Assembly (NCBI GenBank): GCA_000004695.1
Contig: CM000151.3
Location: forward strand, 5,152,001 to 5,216,000
DNA length: 64,000 nucleotides
DNA from: Dictyostelium discoideum
Lineage: Eukaryota
Direction of reading: 5' to 3'
The notes beneath the pieces were generated by a model. That model made no database searches and was not told where the DNA came from. It worked only from the letters and a program-made list of their open reading frames with translations. Positions 48,378 to 61,409 of the stretch are shown one piece after another. A program made the translations under genes and the position numbers. Position 1 is the first letter of the stretch, and every line of letters begins with the position of its first letter.

Positions 48378-48792
48378 AAATATAATTTTTTTTTTTTTTT
48401 TTTTTTATTTGTTTTATTTTATTTATCTATTTAATTAATTAAATTAATATTTTAAATTTTTTTTTTTTTTTTTTGTATATTAAATAAATAAAAGTGGGGG
48501 TAATTTGTTTTTTATTTATTTATTTTTATTGTATTCCAAAAAATTAATTTTTTTTTTTTTTAATTAGTGTATTATCTAGATAATATATTAATATTCAATA
48601 AAAATTATACTAATTATTATTAAATTATTATTATTTTTTTTTTTACTTTATTTTAATTTTTTATAATTTTAAAAATATTTTTTATTTATTTTAAAACTGG
48701 AAAATATTAATATTATATTTTCGGTTTGAGTAAATCTTGAAAAAAAAAAAAGCAAGTGGGAAATTAAAAGGAGGAAAAAAAAAATTTCAAAA

Positions 48793-48848
48793 ATGAGATA
48801 ATGAGATAATGAGATAATGAGATAATGAGATAATGAGATAATGAGATA
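48793..48848. repeat. (ATGAGATA)7 perfect octanucleotide minisatellite
   Basis: Seven exact tandem 8-mers, with a degenerate eighth copy atgaaaat. It lies in the intergenic region upstream of the P450 gene. Confidence 0.9.
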
Positions 48849-48968
48849 ATGAAAATCAAATTAATAAAACAATATATTAAATATTAAAAGAAAAAATAAT
48901 TTTTAGAAAAATAAAAAAATTCTTAATTCTTTTATTTTTTTTTTTTTTTTTATAATTCTAAAATACTA

Positions 48969-49002
<34 letters not shown>

Positions 49003-49033
49003 AAATTCAAATTAATAATTTAAATAAAAAAAA

Positions 49034-51064
49034 ATGTTAACGAATATAATAATTTTGATAATATTATATCTTTTTTATGATTTTGTAAGTTTTTAATTTA
49101 AAACATATAATTATTTAAAAATAAAATTGTTATTCCTTTAAAACTAATTTATAAATTTTTTTATTAAAAAAATTATATAAAGTGTTATAAAAATTTTAAA
49201 TATAGAAACTATGGATCCCCTTGGGCTTTACCGGTTATTGGTAAATTTTTTTTTTATTTTTTTTTTTTTTTTTTTATTTTTTTTTAATTAATATTTGTGA
49301 TAATATTTTTTTAATTTTATAAAAGGTCACTTTATTCATGTTATAAATCAACCACATTTAGTTGTACATAATGACCGAATGAAATATAATAATGGAAGAT
49401 TTGTAAATTATTGGTTTGGTGATTATTTATCAATTGCAATTACTGATCCAATACTATATAAAAAAATATATTTAAATTTTCCAAAACAAATAAATTCAAG
49501 ATTAAAATCCCCAACAGTATTAAATATTTCCGAAAGATTTAGAGGGATAATTTCATCAAATGAAAATAATTGGGATTTTCATCATGGGATTTTAAGTAAA
49601 TTATTTAATGGTCATAAAGCCAAAATTAATAATTTTTTATTTGAAAAAGAAACAAAATTTATTATTGAATATATGAAAAAAATTTCCAAATCTGGTGAAA
49701 ATGTAATTATAGCTCTATATATAAAACCTTAATTATTATAATCATTTTAAACCATGTTTTTTAAATTAACATATGTGTTTTTATTTTTATTTTTTTTTTT
49801 AAAAAAGTTTGACACTAGATCAAATTTTTTATATTTTTATTCAAATATTTTATTTGATTATATATTAGGTAAAAGAGTTGAAAACATTTATGAAAATGAA
49901 TTAAGAAAAGATAGAAAAAAATTTATGGTATCTATTCAAGAAGTAATGGATTCTGTTGGCCTTATAAAATTTTTAAATTATTTGATACTTTCATATCCAT
50001 TTCTTAGTATATATTTAAGATATTTCACATATACAACTTTTAATTTAAAAAAGATATTAAAACAATATTATGATGAACATTTAGAAACAATTGATTTAAA
50101 TAAACCAAGAGATGTTTTAGATAATTTAATTATGGAGTATAAAAATCAAAATGCTATAGAATGTGATAAATCATTTGTTGCAATTGCAATTGAATTACTT
50201 GCTGCTGGTACAGGTATAATTTTATATTTAAAAAAAATCTATAATGAATATTATTATAAATTATTATAATTTATTAATTTTTTAAATATTAATTTTTTAT
50301 TTAGATACAAATTCATCAACTAGTGAATGGTTTTTGACTTATTTAGTAAATAACCCTATATATCAAGATAAAATATATGATGAATTAATTGGTGCTTTGA
50401 AAATTAATAAACCATTAAAAGGTAGTGATGTTTTAATTAATTTATCACATAGACCATTGACTCCATTATTTAATGCAACATTAAAAGAAGTATTACGTCT
50501 TATTCCAGCAACACCTTTTTCTGTGCCAAGAATGTCAAATGAAGGATTTGAAGTTGATGGAATTAAAATTCCAAAAGGTGTATGTAATTTGTTTTTTTTA
50601 AAAAATCAACTATAACTCTAAACTGTTTATTTAATACAATTAATTTTTATATTTATTTCACATTTAGACATACTTATTTCCATCAATGTATTCAATTTTT
50701 AGAGATGAAAAGTATTGGGGTGAAAATGCAAATAAATTTTATCCAGAAAGATTTTTAACAGATTCACACTCAAACAATTACTTTCCTTATGGTGTTGGTA
50801 AAAGGATGTGTCTTGGTTCAAATTTTAGTCAACATGAATTATATATTTGTTTAACAAATATAGTATTAAATTTTAAAATAAAAAGTATTGATGGTAAACC
50901 ATTAAATGAAATACCAAGTAAGTATTACCTTTTTTATATATCTTTTGTAAAAATTGTTTAAACAACCAAATTAATATGATTATAATATTTTTTTAAAAAA
51001 TTAAAAAGATTATGGTATAACATTTAGACCAAACATTTTTGAAGTTAAATTAGAAAATCGTTAG
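49034..51064 (+). CDS. cytochrome P450 monooxygenase, 7 exons
   Basis: Exons: 49034..49084, 49183..49240, 49326..49702, 49808..50213, 50305..50579, 50668..50917 and 51009..51064. The exons sum to 1473 nt (490 aa), and every junction is phase-consistent with GTAAGT/GTAATT/GTATGT donors.
- N-terminus: anchor MLTNIIILIILYLFYDF, then NYGSPWALPVIGH.
- I-helix: ELLAAGTDTNSST.
- K-helix: EVLRL.
- PERF motif.
- Heme loop: FPYGVGKRMCLGSNFS.
- C-terminus: FRPNIFEVKLENR*.
The ORF-track stop at 49732 and the M at 49754 both lie inside intron 3 (49703..49807). Confidence 0.85.
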
Positions 51065-51375
51065 AATTAAATTTAATAAATTTTTTATACCTTTTGTTTT
51101 AATTATTATTTTATTTTATTTTATTTTATTTTATTCAAAGCACCAATTAAAAAAATAAAAATCATTTAGATTTCTATTTTGTTTTATTTTATTTTATTTT
51201 AAAATAAATAAACATAAAAATTATATTTAACTTATGTAGTGGAAATTTTTTTAATTTCACTTGTAAATAAAACCAATTTGGGTTAAACAACTTAGTTTTA
51301 TATTAAAAAACCTTTTTTAGATAATTTGTTTTTTTTTTTTTTTGAATGATTTGAGTTTGGAACATCTTGTTGATT

Positions 51376-51939
51376 TTAGTTGTCAAGTAATTCACTAATA
51401 CGTTTCATAAACATATAGTATTTCTTCAAAGTTCTTTGAAAAGTTCTACTTGGATGGATTTTACCAAAAATGTGATCTTGAGGTTCAAGCAAATCTCCAG
51501 TTGAGTAAACACTTTTGATGTAGTTTGACAAACCATTTAATCTTTTTCTGCTGATTTCATATTCTTCACCATTGACATCAATTGTGAGTAATGAAGATGC
51601 ACCATTATACACCAAATGTGGAACGGCACTAACACCCTTTTCAATGCAATTGTCAATAAAGAGTTGAGAAAGTTCACTTTTATCCTCATTGATATGAAAT
51701 GAGGTTGTAAAAATATTACCCTCTCCATTGAACAAATCTCTTAATTGTAAACCTTCTTCAACGGTACATTTTTTAAATGCCATATTGTGAGCTTCTTTTA
51801 CAATTTTTAATTCATAAAAATGTTCTTTTACATCACCCTTGAGATGAATAACATCTTCTTCTTTGATATGATGCTTTCTTAAACTTTTACTATTTAAAAT
51901 AATAGTGTGTAAATCATATTTTTGATTTCTGTTTAACAT
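51376..51939 (-). CDS. hypothetical globular protein (187 aa), function not recognised
   Basis: Clean single ORF MLNRNQKYDLHTIILNSKSLRKHHIKEEDVIHLKGDVKEHFYELKIV...KRISELLDN* with non-repetitive composition. No motif was assigned. Confidence 0.45.
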   Translation of the reverse strand: MLNRNQKYDLHTIILNSKSLRKHHIKEEDVIHLKGDVKEHFYELKIVKEAHNMAFKKCTVEEGLQLRDLFNGEGNIFTTSFHINEDKSELSQLFIDNCIEKGVSAVPHLVYNGASSLLTIDVNGEEYEISRKRLNGLSNYIKSVYSTGDLLEPQDHIFGKIHPSRTFQRTLKKYYMFMKRISELLDN

Positions 51940-52070
51940 TTTTTTTTTTTTATTATTAATTATTATTTTTTAAACTATTCTTTAAATTTTATTTTTATTT
52001 TTATTTTTTATTTGTTTTGTATTGTTTTATATTTTGGATTTAATAACTTTAAAATATTTTTAATTTATAA

Positions 52071-52110
<40 letters not shown>

Positions 52111-52764
52111 TTAAGTGCAATTTAATATTTTAAGTGTTATTTATTTATAAACAAATTTTTTTTTTTTTTTAAAAAAATTAAATTTGGGGTGTTAAAACTT
52201 AAATTTTCAAAAAAAAAAAAATAAAATAATCTTCTTTGATTTAAAAAAAAAAAAAATCTTTTTTCTCATTTTTTTATCAAATGGGAAAATCATGGAAAAA
52301 CTCAATTTCAAAGGAAATTTCATTAAATTTTTCACTTTTTTTTTTTTTGTGTTGTAATAATAATATTAATAAAATAAAAATAAAAATAATACTAATTTTA
52401 ATTTTTTTTTTTTTTTAATTTTTTTTTCTTTATATCTTATAAATTGATATAAAAACAAATATTTTTATAACTTTAAAAAATGATAACATTATTTTAATTT
52501 TTATTTTTCACTATTAATATTTTTTTCACAAAACATTAAAAAAAACTTTAAAAATTTTATGAGTAATATCTTTTTTTTTTTTTTTATTTTTTAATTCTAA
52601 AAATAGATTTTTAATTAAATTTTTAAAAAGGTATGAGGGGCGCTATTTGGCCATTTCCAAAATCATTTTTTCTTTTAAACGATCATAATTTCCGTTTTTT
52701 CATTTTGTATAAAAAAAAAAAAATTAAAAATAAAAAAAAATAAAAAAAAATCATTTTTAAAACT

Positions 52765-52807
<43 letters not shown>

Positions 52808-52830
52808 AAAAATTTCCTCAAACAAATAAA

Positions 52831-54231
52831 ATGACAAGTAAAATAAAATCAAGTAATACACTTTTAACATTTGATGCAAATGAAGTGACCAATATTAAAT
52901 TAGTTTGGGATATTGAAGAATTAAAGAATAAGGATAAAGAAGATAAAGCACATATAAAAGATGAAGAAGAAGATGAAGATGGACCAGTATCATTTCATCC
53001 ATCATTTTCTCATCAAATATTTAATGATGAACAAGTTCAAGGATATGAAGCTTGTAAAATTGATATTTATATGGGAGCAGGTTCATTAACATCATATATT
53101 GATACAAATTATACTTTACAATCTAAAAATTTAACAAATGTTGAAGGTGAATTATTAAAAGTTTTTTCAAAACAAGACCCACCAATTTCAAAACAATCAT
53201 TTTATAAATTCATTGAAGAAAAAGAAAAATCATTTAAACCAATTGGTAAAAAGATACATGAATATACAATTACAGATAAAGAGAGTGGTGAAGAAACAGA
53301 GTATGAAGTTTATTTTGGCAGAATAACAGATCAAGCAGTATTTAGATACCATGAGAAACTTCAAATATTTGTATTATGGTATATCGATGGTTCTTCCTAT
53401 ATTTGGACAGATGATCCAAATTGGGATATATTTTTCATTTTTGAAAAGAGAATTATAGATGGTGAAAAGAGATATGGCATTACAGGTTATTCAACAATTT
53501 ATAATTTTTATCATCATCCAGAACAAACTAGAGCTAGAATTAGTCAATATTTAATTTTACCACCATACCAAAGAATGGGTCATGGTAAATATTTATTTAA
53601 TTCAATCCATCAATATTATAAAACCAATGATGGATTCTACGGACCAGTTTACGATGTCACCATTGAAGATCCAGCAGATGATTTTAATTTATTAAGAAAC
53701 TATGTCGATTTAAAGAATATTATCGATGAGAAATTATTTGATAATGTTATACTAGATTTAAATGCAAATAATAAATCAGTATTTGAAGAAATTAGAAAGA
53801 AATTATTAGTTCCCCATAAACAGTCAAAAGTTTGTTTAGAAATTTATTTATTTAGTAAATTTTTAGCAACACCAAATTCAAATCCAAAATATAAAGAATT
53901 TAGAATTGCAATTAAAAAGAGACTTTATAAACAAAATATTGGTGATTCTGAACAAATTGAAAAAATGAAACAACAAGTTGCGCAAGAGAATGAAGATAAT
54001 TTACGTCTTGAACAAGAGGAGTTACAGGAGTTACAAGATATTGAAAATAAAAAAAATGGTACAAATATTAAAGTCGCAATCAATACTAAAGAATTAACAA
54101 CACCTTCTGAACCTGAAAAAAGTAAAGAAGAAATTGAAAAAGATAGATTAGAAGAAATTATTCAACTTTATAAAGACTTGGAAGAAAATTATCATAAAAC
54201 TTTATCATCTTTAAATTTAATTACAAAATAA
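52831..54231 (+). CDS. histone acetyltransferase type B catalytic subunit (HAT1)
   Basis: 466-codon single ORF.
- N-terminal HAT1 region: ...FHPSFSHQIFNDEQVQGYEACKIDIYMGAGSLTSYID.
- Acetyl-CoA motif: QYLILPPYQRMGHGKYLFNSIHQYY.
- Conserved tail: GPVYDVTIEDPADDFNLLRNYVD. Confidence 0.8.
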   Translation: MTSKIKSSNTLLTFDANEVTNIKLVWDIEELKNKDKEDKAHIKDEEEDEDGPVSFHPSFSHQIFNDEQVQGYEACKIDIYMGAGSLTSYIDTNYTLQSKNLTNVEGELLKVFSKQDPPISKQSFYKFIEEKEKSFKPIGKKIHEYTITDKESGEETEYEVYFGRITDQAVFRYHEKLQIFVLWYIDGSSYIWTDDPNWDIFFIFEKRIIDGEKRYGITGYSTIYNFYHHPEQTRARISQYLILPPYQRMGHGKYLFNSIHQYYKTNDGFYGPVYDVTIEDPADDFNLLRNYVDLKNIIDEKLFDNVILDLNANNKSVFEEIRKKLLVPHKQSKVCLEIYLFSKFLATPNSNPKYKEFRIAIKKRLYKQNIGDSEQIEKMKQQVAQENEDNLRLEQEELQELQDIENKKNGTNIKVAINTKELTTPSEPEKSKEEIEKDRLEEIIQLYKDLEENYHKTLSSLNLITK

Positions 54232-54471
54232 ATTTCAAAGTATATTTAATTAAAAAAAAAAAATTAAAAAAATAAAATAAAATATAAGAAATCAATAAAT
54301 AACTTAATAAATTATATTAAATTAAATGAAATGAATTTTTATTTATTTATTTATTTAATTAATTTATTTAATTATTTTAACTATTTATTTATTTATTTAT
54401 TTACAAATAATTATTTCATTTTGAAGATGAAAAATCATTGATTGTGATGATGATTTACCATTCTCGAAAGA

Positions 54472-57400
54472 TTAAGAGGAGAATGCGGAACTTTGTGCAG
54501 AGTTTGAATTTTTACTACCTGAGGAAGAAGATGAATCGTCATTTTCACTTGATTTTGATTGAGAATTACCACTCGATGATGACGAAGATTCAAAAGCAGA
54601 GCTTTGTTCTGATAAAGACGATGATTCACTTGACTCACTACTTTGATTCATTGATCCACTATTTGAAACTTGATCTTTGGATTCAGTTTCTGAACTTTGA
54701 TGACTGTTTGATTCACTTTCTTCTTTATGTGATGATTCATTGTTTGAATTTTGGTTGTTAGATTCGTTATTTGATGATTCATTATTTGAACCCTGGCTGC
54801 TTGATTCATTATTTGACGATTCATTATTTGAACCCTTGCTGCTAGATTCATTATTTGATGATTCATTGTTTGAATTTTGGTTGCTTGATTCATTGTTGGA
54901 TGATTCATTATTTGAACCTTGGCTACTTGATTCATTGTTTGAACCATGGCTACTTGATTCATTGTTTGAACCTTTGCTGCTTGATTCATTGTTTGAGCCA
55001 TGGCTACTTGATTCATTGTTTGAACCTTGGTTACTTGATTCATTATTTGATGATCCATTATTTGAACTTTGGCTACTTGATTCATTATTCGATGATTCAT
55101 TATTTGATGATTCATTGTTTGAACCTTGGCTACTTGATTCGTTATTCGATGATTCATTATTTGATTCATTATTTGATGATTCATTATTTGAACCTTGGTT
55201 GCTTGATTCATTATTTGAAGATTCATTATTTGAACCTTTACTACTTGATTCATTATTTGATGATTCATTATTTGATGATTCATTATTTGATGATTCATTA
55301 TTTGAACTTTGGTTGCTTGGCTCATTATGTGATGATTCATTGTTTGAACCTTGGCTACTTGATTCATTATTTGATGATTCATTGTTTGAACCTTGGTTGC
55401 TTGATTCATTATTTGAACCTTGGCTACTTGATTCATTATTTGATGATCCATTGTTTGAACTATAGTTGCTTGAATCTTGACTACTTGATTCATTATTTGA
55501 TGATTCATTATTTGAACCATGGCTACTTGATTCATTATTTGATGATTCACTGTTTGAACCATGACTGCTTGAGTCGTTGTTAGATTCGCTGTTCAAACTT
55601 TGATTGCTAGATTCATTGCTTGACTCACTATTTGAACCTTGACTTGGTTCATTGTTATATTCACTGTTCAAACTTTGGTTGCTAGATTCATTATTTGATG
55701 ATTCGCTATGTGATGATTCATTGTTTGAACCTTGGTTACTTGATTCATTATTTGATGACTCATTGTTTGATGATAGATTGTTTGAACTTTGATTGCTTGA
55801 CTCATTATTTGATGGCTCATTGTTTGAATTTTGGTTGTTAGAATCGTTATTTGATGATTCATTGTTTGAACCTTGGCTACTTGATTCATTATGTGATGAT
55901 TCATTGTTTGAACCTTGGTTGCTTGATTCGTTGTGTGCTGATTCATTGTTTGAACCTTGGCTGCTTGATTCATTATGTGATGATTCATTGTTTGAACCTT
56001 GGTTGCTTGTTTCATTATGTGAAGATTCATTGTTTGAACCTTGGTTGCTAGATTCATTATTTGATGATTCATTGTTTGAACCTTGGTTGCTTGATTCATT
56101 ATGTGAAGATTCATTGTTTGAACCTTGGTTGCTTGATTCATTATTTGATGATTCATTGTTTGAACCTTGGTTGCTTGATTCATTATGTGATGATTCATTG
56201 TTTGAACCTTGGTTGCTTGATTCGTTGTGTGCTGATTCATTGTTTGAACCTTGGCTGCTTGATTCATTATGTGATGATTCATTATTTGAACCTTGGTTGC
56301 TTGTTTCATTATGTGAAGATTCATTGTTTGAACCTTGGTTGCTAGATTCGTTATTTGAAGATTCATTGTTTGAACCTTGGCTGCTTGATTCATTATTTGT
56401 TGAACTATGGTCATCACTAGATTCATTATTTGAATTTTGGATTTTTAAAGTTTCACTTGAGCTATCTTGTCCACTACTAGAACCTTGGTTACTTGAATGG
56501 TTGTTTGAATGGCTACCGGAGCCTTGGTTACTAGAATCATTTGTTGGATGATTGCCCGAGCTTTGATGATTAGAATCTTCATTTGATTGACTATTGTTAG
56601 ATTCACTGCTTGATGTTTGACCACTTGAACTTTCACTATTATGGCTTGATGATTCTTCTGTTGGTGATTGAATGGGTGGTTGAGTTGGTGGAGAAGTTGG
56701 TTTTTTGGTGAGGGGTGGAGAAGTTGGTTTTGGAGTTGGTTTGTTAAATGGATTTGGGTTATGAACGAAAACATCATTTTGTAAGGTCATAGGACATGCT
56801 AAAATTGAACTCATGACAATATTGAAATTACAATTGTCATCAGTAGAATTGACACTAATTGATGTATATTGTGAATCTTTACAAAGTAAGGTTATTGTAG
56901 TTGATTTTGGTTTACCTGTTCCTTGACACAAATTATTTGATGAGCTACTTGTAATCACAGCGCCATATTGATCATCACTATCTAATGGATTAATGGTAGC
57001 ACTACCATAGTCACCAATAGTACCAATTAAAGAATTATCAGGTTTAATGCATGCAGTTTGACGTGGACAACAAGCTGGTGATGAACAAATGTTCCAATTA
57101 ATTGTTAAACCTTTTAGTACACTAGTATAATATGGATCACTATTTTAAAAAATTAAAAAAATAAAAAAATTAATAAATAATTATTATTATTATTTATATT
57201 ATTAATATTACCTTTTAAATCCTGTAAAATCATAGTTTAAACCATTAAGATTTGGTTTACAATAATATTTTGGAGTTTTTGGTTGTGGTGGTTTGTTAGT
57301 TGGACAAGCTGCTGAACCACTCATTAAAATGTTAAAAGTACAGTCATCAATACGTTCAACTCTTTCAACAGTTGGAGTTGGTTTAGAGGAACATTTTAAA

Positions 57401-57670
57401 TTGATACGAGATTGAATAAATTGTTTACCTCCATTACACTTCATTGTTGAACTTGTACTTGTAATTCTGGCACCAAAAGATGAATTACCCAATGATTCAA
57501 AGCCAACTGAATCAATACTACCAATGCTTGATCCATTTCTAAAGCAAACACTACTATCAATACATTTTGTTGGTGCACCACATACATTCCAATTAATATC
57601 AATACCATCTTTACTATATGAATAAAATGGTACTCTATTTTTTTTTTTTTTTTTTTTAATTAGTAATATA

Positions 57671-57701
<31 letters not shown>

Positions 57702-58492
57702 TAAATAATGAATAGTTACTTTTTAAAATCATTAAAATCATAATTATTTCCATCTAATTCAATTTGACAAGGATATTTATTTGGAAGTGTTGAGGATGGA
57801 CAAGCTGAATTACCAGAAACAATTATATTCATTGAACACAATCCATCTTGAATTACTCTTTCAACTGCATCAGAACCATTTCTGTTACAAAGCATTGTTA
57901 TATTTGTACGTCTGAATTCACCATTTAAACATTTTTGTTTTGAAAAAGTAATTATTGAACCACCAACACCGCCATTTGGTAAAGAGACAAAAGTTGAATT
58001 ATTTAAGTCTCCTAAATTAATAGATGTTTTTCCATAATTTTTACAAACATTTGTTGAGTTTGGACATTTTGGTGATACAGAACAAATTGAAAAATATAAT
58101 GAATAAGGAGTTAAATCATATTGAAAAGGACTATTTTTTATTATTTTATAATTTGTTATTTATTATTTGGGTTGAACGAAAAAAAAAAAAAAAAAAAAAA
58201 AATTAATTTCCAAAAAAAAAAAAAAAAAAAAAAAAAAATTAAATAAAATAAAATAATTTTAGAAAAATTTGGTTAAGTAAATTTAAAAGAACAAAATTTA
58301 ATTAAAGCCAAAATTAGGATTTTTTTTTTTTTTTTACCCAAAAATAACTTACTCTTTGAACTTACTGAAATCATAATCCAAACCATTTAAAGTAGCTTTA
58401 CAATTATCTGGATTTGTTTGGCCATTTGAAATTTGAAAAACTCCCAATATTAAGAAAATTGGAAATAAAAGATTTATAAATTTCATTTTCAT
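54472..58492 (-). CDS. secreted protein with three tandem MRH-like (mannose-6-phosphate-receptor-homology-like) cysteine domains followed by an ~850-aa Ser/Asn/Glu mucin-like 9-residue tandem array
   Basis: Four exons on the minus strand: 58492..58353, 58130..57720, 57634..57212 and 57139..54472. The three introns sit at equivalent domain boundaries, all phase 2, with donors GTAAGT, GTAACT and GTAATA.
- Exon 1 is a signal peptide: MKMKFINLLFPIFLILGVFQISNG.
- The three ~120-140-aa domains begin CKATLNGLDYDFSKFK, CQIELDGNNYDFNDFK and CKPNLNGLNYDFTGFK.
- They contain ...INWN.C...CCP... and end ...DDCTFNILMSGSAACP / DNCNFNIVMSSILACP, which resembles the MRH/CIMR YDLS.L ... C.Y.F.W.T.ACP pattern.
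- The last exon continues into (SNNESSNQG)n.
- The 828-codon ORF-track entry is only this last exon. Confidence 0.6.
54700..56450. repeat. coding 27-bp tandem repeat array (~60 units; consensus TCATTATTTGAACCTTGGTTGCTTGAT on the plus strand, SNNESSNQG on the minus strand)
   Basis: Highly homogeneous 27-nt units with a few variant subtypes (SSHNE, SAHNE, SSSQG). The long ORFs on the plus strand (54740.., 54855.., 55793..) and the alternative minus-strand frames (54648.., 55668..) are frame artefacts of the repeat. Confidence 0.85.
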
Positions 58493-59165
58493 TATTATTT
58501 TCTTTTAAAATAATATTGTGAAAGTTTTATTTTTTTTTTTTTTTAATTTATTTAAAAAATAATTTTTAGAAATAATATAAGGTCCTTTTTATATTAAAAA
58601 AAAATTATAAAAAAATAATTTTTCATTATTTAAAAACAAATATATACATATAATTATTTAAATAATATAATAAATAATTTATTCTTAATTTTTATTTTGT
58701 TTTTTTTTTTTTTTTTTTTTTTTTTTTTGATAACATTTTTTTTTAATATTTGTAATAAATTATTTTTTTTACTTTTACTCCCATCCTCTAACAAAAAAAA
58801 AGAAAAAGAAATTTAAAGATACAACCTTCATATATTAGGGCCATATTTTAAATAAAAAATAAAAATAGAAAAATCATATCACTTTCTTTCATTGGAGTTT
58901 GTATAATAATATGAAATTTTATTTTATATTAAAAAATGTGTTTTTTTCAATTGTCACTGCATTCATTATGCATAATGGGGGTGGGGGTATTATAAAAAAG
59001 AAAAATATTAATTTACTCAATGATATTGGTGTGAGAACCTAAATATATTAATAATTTATTTTATTCAGAGATCTATCATGCACAAATAACAATACTATTC
59101 CAAAATTATACCTTCACATTTCCTTTTTAATATTAATAATATTTAATTTATTAATTTTTTATTAA

Positions 59166-59204
<39 letters not shown>

Positions 59205-59220
59205 TTTGTAGTTTGGATAT

Positions 59221-59256
<36 letters not shown>

Positions 59257-59671
59257 AAAAAAAATAAAGTGGTTGCATTCCAGGGTGTTATAATAATATT
59301 TTTTTTTTTTTAGTATCGTTTTAAATTTTTATTTTTAGTATTGCTTTAATTTTTTTATTTTAGTATGTTATTTTCGTTTTTATTTCTGCAATATGTTATC
59401 TTTTTTTTTTTTCTAATTTTTTTTTTTTAATTTTTTTTTTTGAAGATATATTCCAATTTTTTCAATGATGTCAAAGCGACGGTTAAAAAAAATTTTGGCT
59501 TCAGGCTGTAAAATATCTGATAGCACGTAAAATAAAAAAATTTTAAAAAAACTTAAATTTGAAAAAAAAAAAAAAAAATTAAAAAAAAAAAAAATTATCA
59601 TTGAGCAGTTTTCTCTGTGTTGTGTAATAATAATAAATAAAAATAATAATAATAATAAATAATAAATAATA

Positions 59672-59726
<55 letters not shown>

Positions 59727-59772
59727 CAAACAATTGAAAAAGAACAATAATAAATTAATAAAAAAAAAGGGA

Positions 59773-59949
59773 ATGAGACAAATTGTCACTGGTGTAATTC
59801 ACCAAACAACACAATCACAACAAATACCAAATGTGATAAACTCAAATCAAATTCAATTTTCAAATGAACCAATGGTTGTTGGAAGTATTGAGGATTTTGA
59901 TATTGACTCTGAAGTTCCACCTCTTGCAATAAATTTACAAAGATCAATA

Positions 59950-60035
<86 letters not shown>

Positions 60036-60441
60036 CCAACCTTGCACAACTGTATTTTTAGATAGAGATAGTTGTGTTAATGTCAAGGCAACCATTGATT
60101 TATTAAAGGTATTTTTTTTATTATTAGCTCAGTATATCTTTGCAGATACTTTTTTTTTTTTATTTTTTTATATTTTTTTTTATTTTTTTTTTTTTTTTTT
60201 ATGAATATAACCCACCCACAAAAACTAATTTTTTATTTTATATTTTCATTATAAAAAAAAAAAAAAAAAACAGGAACAATTAGAATTTACGATCAAGGAT
60301 TTAATAGATTTCAAAGAAAACTATGATAAACTAGAGTCAACAGAACAATTTAAGCAATGGTCTAATTTAATTAAGAATATTAAAGAAAACTCTTTAAATA
60401 ATTCAAATATTTATTTAACAATACCAACTACTCAAAATTTA

Positions 60442-60524
<83 letters not shown>

Positions 60525-61311
60525 TGTAATAATACCATCAGCATCAACTGAAAACAAAGAAGAAAATGATAATAATAATAGTAATAATAATAATAATATT
60601 AATTTATCACCAGATAGTTCAATCACCAAAGATATAAATATAACTGAAAATAAAATAACGGAAATTAAAACTACAGAAACTAAAGAAACATCTACAGGAA
60701 CTTCACCATTAGAAAAATCACCATCAAAAGGATTTATAATTTCACCAAAAAAACCAGAAGAAGAAAATGAAATTGAAGGTGAAACAATCAATAATATAGC
60801 AATAACAAACTATACACAGGGTCCATCAATGCTTACATTAATGAAAAAGAAACTTGAAAATATTAAAAAAAATAATAACAATAATAATAATAATGGTAAT
60901 GGTAATAATAATAGTAATAATAATAATAGTAATAGTAATAATAATAATAATGGTATTTCGCCATCATCTTCACCACCATCACACTTGAATGGTAATAATA
61001 ATAATAATAATAGTAATAATACAAATTCTAATAATACAACAAATGCTACGACCAATAGTGTAGGATTTTCAATAACAATGACTAATTCAAATTCATTATC
61101 AGTTTCAAAGAGAATGAATAAGTTTAAATCATGGACATCATCTAAACCAACTTCATCATCTATTGGATTTGCTTCATCACCACAAAATAATGGTAAACCT
61201 TTAAATATTAGTGGTTCAAGTAGATTCTTTACCTCTAGACAAGATTCAAAAATTGATTTATTAAAATCACCATCAAGTTCACCACCAACTCAATCAGATA
61301 TATTTAATGAA

Positions 61312-61409
<98 letters not shown>

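Noticed and set aside
54700-56450. Regularly spaced direct repeats that could superficially resemble a CRISPR array
   Set aside because: The units are contiguous with no unique spacers, lie inside a eukaryotic coding exon, and the genome is eukaryotic.
54648-56551. Long ORFs on both strands inside the 27-bp repeat (54648..55562 -, 54740..55465 +, 54855..55583 +, 55668..56426 -, 55793..56551 +, 55851.., 56061..)
   Set aside because: They are alternative-frame or antisense translations of the same perfect tandem array (LLDSLFEPW, MIHCLNLG, VQTMNHQIMNQ). Only the SNNESS frame is continuous with the upstream spliced exons.
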